Below, in pieces: positions 1 through 8,668 of a DNA stretch of 59,372 bases. Source of the stretch: an uncultured Candidatus Bathyarchaeia archaeon (GTDB lineage: Archaea; Thermoproteota; Bathyarchaeia; TCS64; B23); contig CAZGKJ010000002.1 in the NCBI GenBank assembly GCA_964525955.1, positions 1-59,372 on the forward strand, read 5' to 3'. The stretch's first letter is position 1; every line of letters starts with the position of its first letter. The notes under the pieces are model-generated. The model was not told the origin of the DNA. It searched no databases and saw only the letters and a program-made list of their open reading frames with translations. A program made the translations under genes and the position numbers.

Positions 1-282
1 GAGCTCCCTGAGGATGAGGCCATAGCTCTCTTTAGGACGCTTCACCGCCTCATAGGGCCGATACAACGGGCTGTGGGGGCTGATAGCACGACGATAGGCG
101 TAAACAACGGCCCTGAGAGTGGTCAGGAGGTTCCCCACGTCCATATCCACGTCATACCCAGGTTCAGGGGTGACGGCGGAGGCATAATCCAGGGCGTCGC
201 AAGGCTTTGGAGGAGGCCGACTAGGGGGGAGATGGAGAGGATAGCGAGGAGGATCAGGAATTTAGTGGCTTCTCCTGCTTAG
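1..282 (+). CDS. HIT (histidine triad) family protein, 5' end outside window
   Basis: Frame 1 is open from base 1. Histidine-triad motif HVHIHVIPR lies near the C-terminus. Confidence 0.8.
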   Translation, partial: ELPEDEAIALFRTLHRLIGPIQRAVGADSTTIGVNNGPESGQEVPHVHIHVIPRFRGDGGGIIQGVARLWRRPTRGEMERIARRIRNLVASPA

Positions 283-765
283 TCTCTCTTCGATCCATCT
301 ATGGTATTCGGCTACCTTCTCCCTTGGGAAGGGGTTTATGATGCTGATCTCCTTCACCTTCGCCAACTCCTCATCGAGTGTGTAGATCACCCCTGATCCA
401 AGGCTCCTTGATAGGGCTATTAGGAAGCCATCCCAGGACTCTATGCCATAATGGGCGGCGTAGTCGAGGGAGTCCAGCGCTAAATCGACCGTCAGGTTAG
501 GGTATAGGGCTGGAGACCTCGTTCTCAATATGCCCTCCAAAACCTTCCTGACGATGAGGCGGGAAACCCGTAGATACCTCGTGGCTATGTGATATGCGCC
601 GAGGATGATCGCTATTGGTATAATGGCCTTCCTCCTCCCCGAGAGTATCTCGGCGATGAACTCCACGGCATCCCCCTTCAGGGGATTATCGAAGGTTGCG
701 GGGATGAGGATGCTGACATCGATGACGCCATCAGCGGAATCCAAGCTTCCTCTCGGCATATTCAC
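262..765 (-). CDS. vapC: PIN-domain ribonuclease (VapC-type toxin)
   Basis: N-terminal acidic strand GVIDVSILI and C-terminal YTLDEEL are typical of PIN. The gene overlaps the upstream AbrB-type gene by 35 nt. Confidence 0.7.
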   Translation of the reverse strand: MNMPRGSLDSADGVIDVSILIPATFDNPLKGDAVEFIAEILSGRRKAIIPIAIILGAYHIATRYLRVSRLIVRKVLEGILRTRSPALYPNLTVDLALDSLDYAAHYGIESWDGFLIALSRSLGSGVIYTLDEELAKVKEISIINPFPREKVAEYHRWIEERLSRRSH

Positions 766-1006
766 GGCTCATCCACCTCCAGCTCTCCTCAACATCCTCA
801 GCGAAGGGCTCGGCGTGAAGTGAGAGGGCCATCTCCCTCCACTCAGCCACACGACTCTCCAGATCTTCATCAACAACCTCAACGATCAGCCTACGGCCAT
901 CGAGCCTCACCAACGCCTTACATCCATCCACGATGCCCAGAGATGCCCTAATGGACGCTGGGATCACCATCCTCCCCTGCTTATCGATCCTCACTATATA
1001 CTCCAT
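731..1006 (-). CDS. vapB: SpoVT/AbrB-type antitoxin (VapB)
   Basis: N-terminal swapped-hairpin motif IVRIDKQGRMVIPASIRASLGI. Confidence 0.8.
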   Translation of the reverse strand: MEYIVRIDKQGRMVIPASIRASLGIVDGCKALVRLDGRRLIVEVVDEDLESRVAEWREMALSLHAEPFAEDVEESWRWMSREYAERKLGFR

Positions 1007-1078
1007 AAATCACACCATATGGATTGAACTATTCCACATTTAATAAGCTTCCATCCATATACATCTCTAGGGATTGGG

Positions 1079-2161
1079 ATGAGGCGTAAGGTGTTTAGGG
1101 GTATGGGTTGTAGGCAGGTAGGCCGCAGCGGCCTCTGGGTCTCAGAGGTTGGCCTCGGCCTATGGAAGTGGGGTGACCCCTCCTATGACGGCTCAAAGGT
1201 TGGTGAGCATGAGGGCTTCAAGATTCTTGATCGAGCCTTGGAGCTTGGGGTCTTCTTCTGGGATACGGCTAACTCCTATAATTGGGGCTCTGGGAACTCT
1301 GAGAGGCTGATTGGACGCTACTTCGCCTCTAGGGGTCGCCGTGTCAGGGAGCAGGTGGTTCTGGCGACGAAGATCGCTAATTCCGTTAGGGAGGAGCATG
1401 AGGAGAAGGCGGATTTCACGCCGAATCAGCGTGGGGCTTCGAGGCTGTATATACGCAGAGCCGTCGAGGGATGCCTCAGACGCCTCCAAACCGACTATAT
1501 CGACCTCCTCTACGTCCACTATCCAGTTCTCGATGAGGAGGGTGAGTATGAGACCCCCTTAGAGGAGACTTGGGGAACCCTCGACGACCTCATCTCCGAC
1601 GGCGTGGTCTACTATCTCGGCGTCTCCAACTACAACATCAGGCAGATAGAGGAGGCGAGGGAGGCATTGAGGAAGGTTGCCAAGGATGCCTCCAGGCGCA
1701 TAGTGGCTGTCCAGAACCCCTACAACCTCCTGGAGAGGGATGCCGTATCGAAGGAGGAGGGCGTCGGCGAGGCCGAGTTTCTACGATATATCCGTGAGGC
1801 GGGTATAGGCCTTGTGCCCTACTTCCCCCTCGCAGCTGGGATGCTGACGGGCAAATATCGAAAGGACAACATCGATAGGGTTAAGGGGCATATCATCGAT
1901 GACAAGCTTCAGGACAGATACTTCACCGAGGCAAACTTCAGGGCTGTGGAGCTCCTACAGGAGTTCGCTAAGAGGAAGGGGGTAACGTTGCCGCAGTTGG
2001 CTATAGCCTGGCTCCTCAGCCATGAGGAGGTCTGCGGAGTCATCGCAGGAGTCACCAAGATGGAGCATCTCGAAGACAACGCCAAGGCGACGAGCATCGA
2101 ATTGACGGAGGAAGACCTCAGGGAGATCGATGAGATACTGGAGAGGGCTGGGGTTAGATGA
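1079..2161 (+). CDS. aldo/keto reductase family oxidoreductase
   Basis: AKR-like blocks are GLGLWKWG, FWDTANSY, IDLLYVHYP and QNPYNLLERD. Length is 360 aa. The start may be the internal Met of MGCRQVG. Confidence 0.9.
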   Translation: MRRKVFRGMGCRQVGRSGLWVSEVGLGLWKWGDPSYDGSKVGEHEGFKILDRALELGVFFWDTANSYNWGSGNSERLIGRYFASRGRRVREQVVLATKIANSVREEHEEKADFTPNQRGASRLYIRRAVEGCLRRLQTDYIDLLYVHYPVLDEEGEYETPLEETWGTLDDLISDGVVYYLGVSNYNIRQIEEAREALRKVAKDASRRIVAVQNPYNLLERDAVSKEEGVGEAEFLRYIREAGIGLVPYFPLAAGMLTGKYRKDNIDRVKGHIIDDKLQDRYFTEANFRAVELLQEFAKRKGVTLPQLAIAWLLSHEEVCGVIAGVTKMEHLEDNAKATSIELTEEDLREIDEILERAGVR

Positions 2162-2179
2162 GTAGGGATTTAAGGATCG

Positions 2180-2932
2180 ATGGAGACTGACATCCCGATG
2201 GCTGAGAAACCTAACTATGGCTCTCCGACCTGGCATGTGGTCTCCAACGCCATGTTGGGGGCCGCCCTCATCCTCGTGGGAGTCATCGCCGGACTCCGTT
2301 ATTCACCCCTCCTATATCTGCTGATCCTCCCTTCCATCTACTTCCTATGGTCGGCTTATGGTTGGAGTAGGGGAGGCTACCTGGAGGAGAGGCTTCGCAT
2401 CAGGGAGGAGTTTATCAGGGCCGTCGGAGTTGGAGACGGTGAACGAATCCTCGACGTTGGAACGGGGTCAGGCTTCCTCGCCATAGGCTTCGCAAAGGCG
2501 ATGAGAGAGGGTGAGGTGGTCGGCATAGACATCTGGATGCCCATGGGAGGCGGAACAACCATGGAGAACGCCTTGAGGAACGCCGAGATCGAGGGTGTAG
2601 CCGATAAGGTGGAGTTCAGGAGAGCCGATGCGAGGGAGATACCATACCCAGACGGCCACTTCGATAGGGTTGTGGCCAGCTTCACAATCCACATCATAAG
2701 GGATTGGCCGAGGGCGCTGAGGGAGATGGTTAGGGTTCTCAAGCCGGGGGGAGTCCTCGCCCTCTTAGAGCCTGGAAGGGGGTGGGCATCTGGATGGAGG
2801 GTTGAGAGGATTGTGGAGCATCTCAAGGAGCTCGGCCTGAAACAGGTGGAGCTCCAACCCTTCACGATCCATTATCCAAAGCGGAGGAAGGTCTACCTCA
2901 TCAAAGGTGTGAAGACGGGGGAGAAGGGATGA
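2180..2932 (+). CDS. class I SAM-dependent methyltransferase with N-terminal membrane anchor
   Basis: SAM motif I is ILDVGTGSGFLA and the post-I acidic strand is VVGIDI. Two hydrophobic helices precede the domain. Confidence 0.8.
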   Translation: METDIPMAEKPNYGSPTWHVVSNAMLGAALILVGVIAGLRYSPLLYLLILPSIYFLWSAYGWSRGGYLEERLRIREEFIRAVGVGDGERILDVGTGSGFLAIGFAKAMREGEVVGIDIWMPMGGGTTMENALRNAEIEGVADKVEFRRADAREIPYPDGHFDRVVASFTIHIIRDWPRALREMVRVLKPGGVLALLEPGRGWASGWRVERIVEHLKELGLKQVELQPFTIHYPKRRKVYLIKGVKTGEKG

Positions 2933-3083
2933 ACACCCCTCCCTGATGGAGCTGGCGGGGAGATTTGAGGGAGGCGTGGATTATACGGGGGAGGTTAAGG
3001 AGGAGGTGGAGAGACTCTTCCTCCAACGACGTGAGGGGCGGAGTAGAGCAGCAGAGATTTAACGCTTAGAACCCATATCACTC

Positions 3084-4187
3084 GTGGTGGAAGCCTTGGA
3101 GGTATATGAGATTCTCAGAGACCTAATGGAGGCTCCAGCCGTCACGGGCTTCGAGGATCAGCGTCGCCGAAGGATAATTGAATACTATAAGCGGTTCTGC
3201 GACTCGGTTTCAGTTGATGTCATCGGCAACGTCATAGGAACCCTCGGCGAAGGCGATAGGGCTGTGATGATCGCAGGCCACTACGACCAGATAGGGTTCA
3301 TGGTCAGATACATCGATGATAAGGGCTACATACACTTCTCACCCGTCGGAGGCTGGGATCAAAGGGTCGTCTACGGCATCAGGGTTAGGGTCTGGATCGG
3401 CGATGGATTGGATGACTATCTCATAGGGGTCGTCGGAGCCAAGCCTGCTCACCTCGCCGAGCCTAAAGAGAGGGAGAAGGCTGTTGAGTTTAAGGATATG
3501 CGCATAGACATCGGCGTTGGGAGCCGAGAGGAGGCTGAGAAACTCGGCGTCAAGCCTGGATGCCCCATTACACCCGATTCGACGCTGACGAGGCTGGGTA
3601 AGGACGATGGAGACCTATTGATTGGCCCAGCCTTCGACGACATATGCGCCGTAGCCTCCATGATCAAGGCTCTGGAGCTCCTCGACGGCGAGGCCCCAGA
3701 AGGCTTGAAGATACACATGGTGGCGACGGTTCAGGAGGAGATAGGGCTGAGGGGTGCAACGGTCTCAGGATACAACCTGAAGCCCTGGTGCGCCATAGCC
3801 TGCGACGTGACCCACGCAGTGGCTCCAGGCGTCGAAGCCGAGAGGGTGGGGGGCGTGGAGCTGGGGAAGGGCCCCGTCATCGCCGTGGGAGCAAACTTCA
3901 CCAGACCCCTATGGGAGTTGATGATGAAGGTAGCTGAGGAGAAGGGGATTCCATATCAACGTGAGGGGATACCAGGCCGAAGTGGGACGGATGCCTGGGC
4001 CCTGCAGGTTGTGAGGGGTGGAACCATAACGGGATTGATATCCATACCGAATAGGTATATGCATACGCCTAACGAGGTCATCTCCCTCAGCGACTTGGAG
4101 AATGTGGCGAGGCTGATGGCTGAGACCCTGAAGGCGCTGCCCGAGAGCAACCTGAGGCATATCGTCGAGGTCTATAGGAGGGGTTAA
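3084..4187 (+). CDS. M42 family metallopeptidase (FrvX/aminopeptidase-type)
   Basis: Blocks GHYDQIGFMV, PAFDDICAV and VQEEIGLRGA are characteristic of M42 peptidases. Length is 367 aa. Confidence 0.9.
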   Translation: MVEALEVYEILRDLMEAPAVTGFEDQRRRRIIEYYKRFCDSVSVDVIGNVIGTLGEGDRAVMIAGHYDQIGFMVRYIDDKGYIHFSPVGGWDQRVVYGIRVRVWIGDGLDDYLIGVVGAKPAHLAEPKEREKAVEFKDMRIDIGVGSREEAEKLGVKPGCPITPDSTLTRLGKDDGDLLIGPAFDDICAVASMIKALELLDGEAPEGLKIHMVATVQEEIGLRGATVSGYNLKPWCAIACDVTHAVAPGVEAERVGGVELGKGPVIAVGANFTRPLWELMMKVAEEKGIPYQREGIPGRSGTDAWALQVVRGGTITGLISIPNRYMHTPNEVISLSDLENVARLMAETLKALPESNLRHIVEVYRRG

Positions 4188-4748
4188 CCCTCTTTTTTTG
4201 CCCTGAACCTCCAGAATCCTCCTTATGGCCCTGAGCTCCTCCAGCATCTGCTCCTCAACGCTGCGCCTCTCCCTCCCAGTGAGGACTCCGATGCGTCTCA
4301 GGGCCTCATCCCTCAGCTCCACACCCCTCTCAGCGTCGATGTGGAGGAAGGAGACCTCCGCCCTGGCTCCAGCCTGCCCTCCGAGGGCTGCGGTGTGAAA
4401 ATCCAGGTTTGCAAGGCCGAGGCGCCTCTGGAGGGGGCCCTGCCTCAGGAGGATGTCACTCACCCTGTAGTAGGGGACTTGACTCTCCCTCCTCCACCAG
4501 ACCCCCCTCCTACACCTGATGTAATCCTCCTCCAACTCGTAGGTGATGCTCTCATAGTATCTCTCGATCCAGTAGAGGATGAAGGGGGCTGTGATGAGCG
4601 TTGGGAGATAGACGACGGCGAGAATTAACCTCGGCCTAAGCAGGAGGAGGGGGATACTCCAGCTTACGACTCCAAAGATGACGACGATCAACAGATACAG
4701 CCTATAAAGGGTCTTCATCTTAGGGCTCGGCCTAAGCCTCATATACAT
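3909..4748 (-). CDS. membrane protein with bacterial PH (bPH_2/YdbS-YdbT-like) domain; annotated 3' end probably artefactually extended
   Basis: Two N-terminal TM helices are followed by the pattern YRVSDILLRQGPLQRRLGLANLDFHTAA. The last ~93 codons run antisense through the M42 peptidase gene. One A fewer in the A7 run would give a stop at 4184-4186. Confidence 0.6.
   Translation of the reverse strand: MYMRLRPSPKMKTLYRLYLLIVVIFGVVSWSIPLLLLRPRLILAVVYLPTLITAPFILYWIERYYESITYELEEDYIRCRRGVWWRRESQVPYYRVSDILLRQGPLQRRLGLANLDFHTAALGGQAGARAEVSFLHIDAERGVELRDEALRRIGVLTGRERRSVEEQMLEELRAIRRILEVQGKKRGLTPPIDLDDMPQVALGQRLQGLSHQPRHILQVAEGDDLVRRMHIPIRYGYQSRYGSTPHNLQGPGIRPTSAWYPLTLIWNPLLLSYLHHQLP
4193..4199 (+). 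terminator. oligo-T tract (T7) just after the M42 peptidase stop
   Basis: A run of seven T lies 6 nt after the TAA stop. Archaeal termination commonly uses oligo-T. Confidence 0.4.
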
Positions 4749-4762
4749 CGACGATGGGAGGT

Positions 4763-5653
4763 TCAGGGTGGCTCATAAAATCCTTTCGATCCCCTCTTCA
4801 GCTCTCCCGCCAGCCTATGCGCCCACCTAATAGGTTCGGGAAGCCTATCACGTAGAGTTCTCAAGGCCAGCTCAACAGCCGTCTGAAGCGAAACCCTATG
4901 ACCTACGGAGACATAGACCCCACGACCATTCCGCCTCAAGACGGCTCCAACAACCCTATCTCTATGGATCAGCGGAGTCCAGCCATCCCTCGGCTCACCT
5001 TCACGCCCCACGAGTCTTCGGGCTGCGATGCCTATCGTCGGCAGGTTCAGCTCGACGCCGACGTGGGTCGCCAGGCCGCAGCGCCTTGGATGGGCTAAGC
5101 CGTGGCCATTCACCATCAACACATCGAGGGCTGACACACCCCTAACAGCCTCCTCAACAGCCGGAGCCTCCCTGAAGGCGAGATACCCAGGGATATATGG
5201 GAAGGAGACCTCCACAACGGCCTCGGAGGACTCGATGGGCCTCAAATCTGCGTCCAGGACGACGCAGACAGCATAGGCCACGTCACCCCTATATGCGACG
5301 TCGGTGCCGCCGATGAGCTCAGCCCTCTCAAAGTCGTCGAACTCCACAACCCTCGATGAGAGCTCCATCTGCAGCCTCCTCAGGGCCTCAAGGGGTCTGG
5401 AGGACTCGAAGTCGCCGTAGGGGTTCTCAGCCCCAGCGTCGACGAGGCCCCTCGCCCACCGAAACTCCTCACGTCTCAAGGCCTCCAGGACGGCTCTCAC
5501 GGCCCTGGCGTCTCCGAGGGCCTCAGCCAAAAGCCTCGGCGTCGTCACCCTCCCAGGGGGAATCTGCTCCAAGAGTCGCCTTAATTCCTTATAAAAATCA
5601 AGGGAAGATTGTTTCATTTTATAAGACACCCCAGTGAGATTCCCACATTTCAT
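4763..5653 (-). CDS. nfi: endonuclease V with N-terminal MGMT-type helix-turn-helix domain lacking the PCHR cysteine
   Basis: EndoV blocks are GGTDVAY, YIPGYLAFREAP, VNGHGLAHPRRCGLATHVGV and PTIGIAARRL. The N-terminal IPPGRVTTPRLLAEALGDARAVRAV resembles the alkyltransferase DNA-binding domain. The likely start is MKQSS at 5617. Confidence 0.85.
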   Translation of the reverse strand: MKCGNLTGVSYKMKQSSLDFYKELRRLLEQIPPGRVTTPRLLAEALGDARAVRAVLEALRREEFRWARGLVDAGAENPYGDFESSRPLEALRRLQMELSSRVVEFDDFERAELIGGTDVAYRGDVAYAVCVVLDADLRPIESSEAVVEVSFPYIPGYLAFREAPAVEEAVRGVSALDVLMVNGHGLAHPRRCGLATHVGVELNLPTIGIAARRLVGREGEPRDGWTPLIHRDRVVGAVLRRNGRGVYVSVGHRVSLQTAVELALRTLRDRLPEPIRWAHRLAGELKRGSKGFYEPP

Positions 5654-5718
5654 TTAAGTGATTTAATTTATCCCAATTTAACGTTAATTTTTTAAATATC
5701 TTAAAAATTCAGTAATAT

Positions 5719-6807
5719 ATGGAGGAATTGAGCACCATTTTACTCGTAGATGGGACCAGATATCAATTATGGAAACCTAATAATGAGAGAGTCTTCTCAG
5801 AATTAGTAAAAGATCACTTAAAGGATATCTTCGGTCCCAACCACATATATTTTGATATAGAGCCTAAACTAAGAACGGAGGCAGGTATAGGAACTAAACC
5901 AGATGGGATACTTTTGATTTTAAATGATAGACCTCAGTTATATATAGTGGAGTATGAATTATCAACCCATCCACTTCATGAACATATAGTAGCTCAGATG
6001 AGTAAATTTGCTACCGCACTAGAAAACATAAGAACGGTAAAGAAAATTGTTGATATCTTATACAATAACATAAATAAGGATCCATTTAAGAAGGCATATT
6101 TTGAGGCTGCAAATATAAAGCACATCCATAAATTTTTATTTGATTTATTTGAGAAAGAAATACGACTTGTTATTATAATTGATGAAAGAAACCCTGATTT
6201 AGATAAAGCAATGAAAATATGGCGTTCGCCATTTAAAATTGATATCATAGAATTTAGAACCTTTGAACACGAAAATGTCGGCATAAAAATTCATGCACAT
6301 CTTTTTAATACTATCCACATGCCTCCCTCCTTCCCTACTCCTGCATGGAATGAATTTTGGAAAGAACTTCTAGATAGATTATTTGAAGCTATGCCGAACA
6401 TACCAAAAAGACCTGCTTCAAAAGATCGTGTTCAATGGCTTAAGATAGAAAAAAGTATAAGAATCTATTATATGCATTTTGAATGGTGGGTTCATAGACG
6501 TATAAATGGTTGGTTTGAAATAGGACTGCACTTTGAGAAACCAAAAGATGCAACATATAATAGAAATGCTATTAGATGGTTTATGAGCCAGAAAGATGAA
6601 ATAGAGCAGAAGTTAAATGAAAGTTTATATTTTGAAGAAAAATGGGGAAAGACTAATGCAAGATTATACGTCAAAAGAGAGTTTGAAGGAGATATACTCC
6701 AAATCTCAGATGAATTTAAAAATTGGATAATTAATACAACCATTAAATTCTATAAGTTCCTTAAACCTAAAGTAAAGGAATATATAACGATCAATCCTTA
6801 TAAGTGA
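5719..6807 (+). CDS. hypothetical protein, N-terminal nuclease-like (PD-(D/E)xK-like) region plus DUF4268-like C-terminal region
   Basis: A long uninterrupted ORF in a strongly AT-rich segment. The N-terminal part contains KPDGILLILNDRPQLYIVEYEL. The C-terminal part has a W/F/Y-rich WFEIGLHFEKP pattern. Confidence 0.5.
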   Translation: MEELSTILLVDGTRYQLWKPNNERVFSELVKDHLKDIFGPNHIYFDIEPKLRTEAGIGTKPDGILLILNDRPQLYIVEYELSTHPLHEHIVAQMSKFATALENIRTVKKIVDILYNNINKDPFKKAYFEAANIKHIHKFLFDLFEKEIRLVIIIDERNPDLDKAMKIWRSPFKIDIIEFRTFEHENVGIKIHAHLFNTIHMPPSFPTPAWNEFWKELLDRLFEAMPNIPKRPASKDRVQWLKIEKSIRIYYMHFEWWVHRRINGWFEIGLHFEKPKDATYNRNAIRWFMSQKDEIEQKLNESLYFEEKWGKTNARLYVKREFEGDILQISDEFKNWIINTTIKFYKFLKPKVKEYITINPYK

Positions 6808-8068
6808 TGGCACTTAACTCCTTCTCTTCTTTTAAAGTTATGAGAGCTATTAGGGCTGAGAGGGCCATGGCCGAAGCCTGTACGTAGAGGGGGAGCTGGA
6901 AGCATCTCCCGTAGAGGGCTCCACCTATGAGGTTTCCAACAGCCCCTATGATGGAGCCTGGCTGAGCCCAGGGGGTTAGGCTCTGAACCACGCCGAGGGC
7001 TCCGAGGATGGCGTTTATCCTCCCCCTATGCTCCCTCGGCGAGTAGTCGACGAAGAGGGCTTGACTTGCAGCCGTTGAGAGGCTGCTCGATACAGCGCCC
7101 ATGATCCCTATGAGGAGGACGTGGAGGAAGCCTCTGCTATATATGAAGCCGAGGAGGATGAGGGGGTTTAGGATGAGGGAGATTAGAACGAGGCGGATCC
7201 GCCCCCATCTATCGGCCGCTATGGCGAAGGGGAAAACCAGAGTGAGGGCGACAACCCTTATAGCCGTTGAGACCAGCCCCCACTCGGCCTTCGATAGGCC
7301 TATGACATCCTCGGTTGCGTAGTTTACCCAGAAGGGGCCTCCGACGGCGGCTCCAAAGCTGAAGGAGGATGCCACGGCGATTAGCACCCATAGCTCCCTC
7401 GGCATGATCCTCAGCGTCTCACCCATCCCCCTCAGGGTGTCCCTGAGGATCGTCGACGCCTTGACGCTTCTCCTCTCCTCCGCTGGGAGGGTCTCCTTCA
7501 GGAGTAGAAGCCTAAGCGTTGAGGCTGTGAAGGAGGAGGCGAAGAGGAGGAGGTAGCCGAGCCTCAAAGCCCTGACGACGCCTACTCTGTCGATGTAGAG
7601 GCCCATCAAGTAGGGTGAGGCCAGGCCGAAGAGGGGTGGAATTATGCTGAGGAGGGCGTAGGCCTCAGCTCGATCCTCATCCCTCGTCGAGTCGGCTATG
7701 ATGGCGTTGAAGGCGGGCCCCCTGAAGCCTATGGCTATGGAGGAGAGGATCGAAGAGGCGATGAGCCACCTCCAATCTGGGGCGAAGGCATTTATCAGGG
7801 CGCTGGAGGAGAGGACGAAGCTAAGCGTATAGACCATACGCTTACGCCCGAGGGCATCAGCCATATAGCCGCCGAGGAGGAATGGGACGACGCCGCAGAG
7901 GGAGCCGACAGCCGATATGAGGCCTATATCGAAGTATCCACCCCCAAGCCCCAGGACATAAAGCGGCCAGAAGGGCCAGACAAGCTGACCCATAAGGGTC
8001 CAGAGGCCGGAGGTGAAGGCCATTACGCCGACGTTACCCCTCAACAGCTCCCTATAGTTAGCCCTCAT
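6791..8068 (-). CDS. major facilitator superfamily transporter
   Basis: About 12 hydrophobic segments, with the MFS loop motif ADALGRKRM between TM2 and TM3 and ADRWGRIR in the second half. Confidence 0.85.
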   Translation of the reverse strand: MRANYRELLRGNVGVMAFTSGLWTLMGQLVWPFWPLYVLGLGGGYFDIGLISAVGSLCGVVPFLLGGYMADALGRKRMVYTLSFVLSSSALINAFAPDWRWLIASSILSSIAIGFRGPAFNAIIADSTRDEDRAEAYALLSIIPPLFGLASPYLMGLYIDRVGVVRALRLGYLLLFASSFTASTLRLLLLKETLPAEERRSVKASTILRDTLRGMGETLRIMPRELWVLIAVASSFSFGAAVGGPFWVNYATEDVIGLSKAEWGLVSTAIRVVALTLVFPFAIAADRWGRIRLVLISLILNPLILLGFIYSRGFLHVLLIGIMGAVSSSLSTAASQALFVDYSPREHRGRINAILGALGVVQSLTPWAQPGSIIGAVGNLIGGALYGRCFQLPLYVQASAMALSALIALITLKEEKELSAITYKD

Positions 8069-8148
8069 CCCGATGCGACTCCATCCTTCACGAGCCGAGT
8101 AGAAAAACCTATCGCTTAGACACCCTTTAAAAGCTAATCAAGGAGGAG

Positions 8149-8619
8149 ATGAAGCCGATGATTGAGAGGGCTTCAAGCAATGATCTCAATAAAATACTTG
8201 ATGTAATCAACATCAGCAACCGTGAAGCCTTCAGTAAAATCATTCCAAAGGAGTATTTCAAAAGCCCAATCTTAACAATCGAAGAACTTAAGCACGATTT
8301 TGAAGTCATGGAGTTCTATGTTTATCGATTGAATAGTGAAATAGTCGGCGTTGCAGCTCTCCACGTCGAATCTGAGGATTCAGGTAGGATTAGGTGGGTT
8401 TATGTCCTACCAGAGTATCAGAGGAGAGGCATCGGCACGGCTTTAATCAAGTTTATTCAGGATAGGGCTAAGAGGATTGGATTGAAAAGATTGTGGCTGG
8501 TTACACCTGAGGGAGCTTATTGGGCGATCAACTTCTATAAGAAGCTGAGTTTTGAAATGAAGGATAGAATCGAAAGGCCCTGGGGATTTGATGCTGTAAT
8601 GTATAAGGAATTAAAGTAA
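8149..8619 (+). CDS. GNAT family N-acetyltransferase
   Basis: Acetyl-CoA binding motif A is YQRRGIGTALI. Length is 156 aa. The gene is somewhat AT-rich. Confidence 0.85.
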   Translation: MKPMIERASSNDLNKILDVINISNREAFSKIIPKEYFKSPILTIEELKHDFEVMEFYVYRLNSEIVGVAALHVESEDSGRIRWVYVLPEYQRRGIGTALIKFIQDRAKRIGLKRLWLVTPEGAYWAINFYKKLSFEMKDRIERPWGFDAVMYKELK

Positions 8620-8668
8620 TATGAGTGGATTTCTGGCTTTCGATGTGAGAGGGAGCCCATTTACATCT

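Noticed and set aside
2947-3063. 38-codon ORF (MELAGRFEGGVDYTGEVKEEVERLFLQRREG...) between the methyltransferase and M42 peptidase genes
   Set aside because: It has no motif, and it is short and GC-rich enough to stay open by chance. It is not supported.
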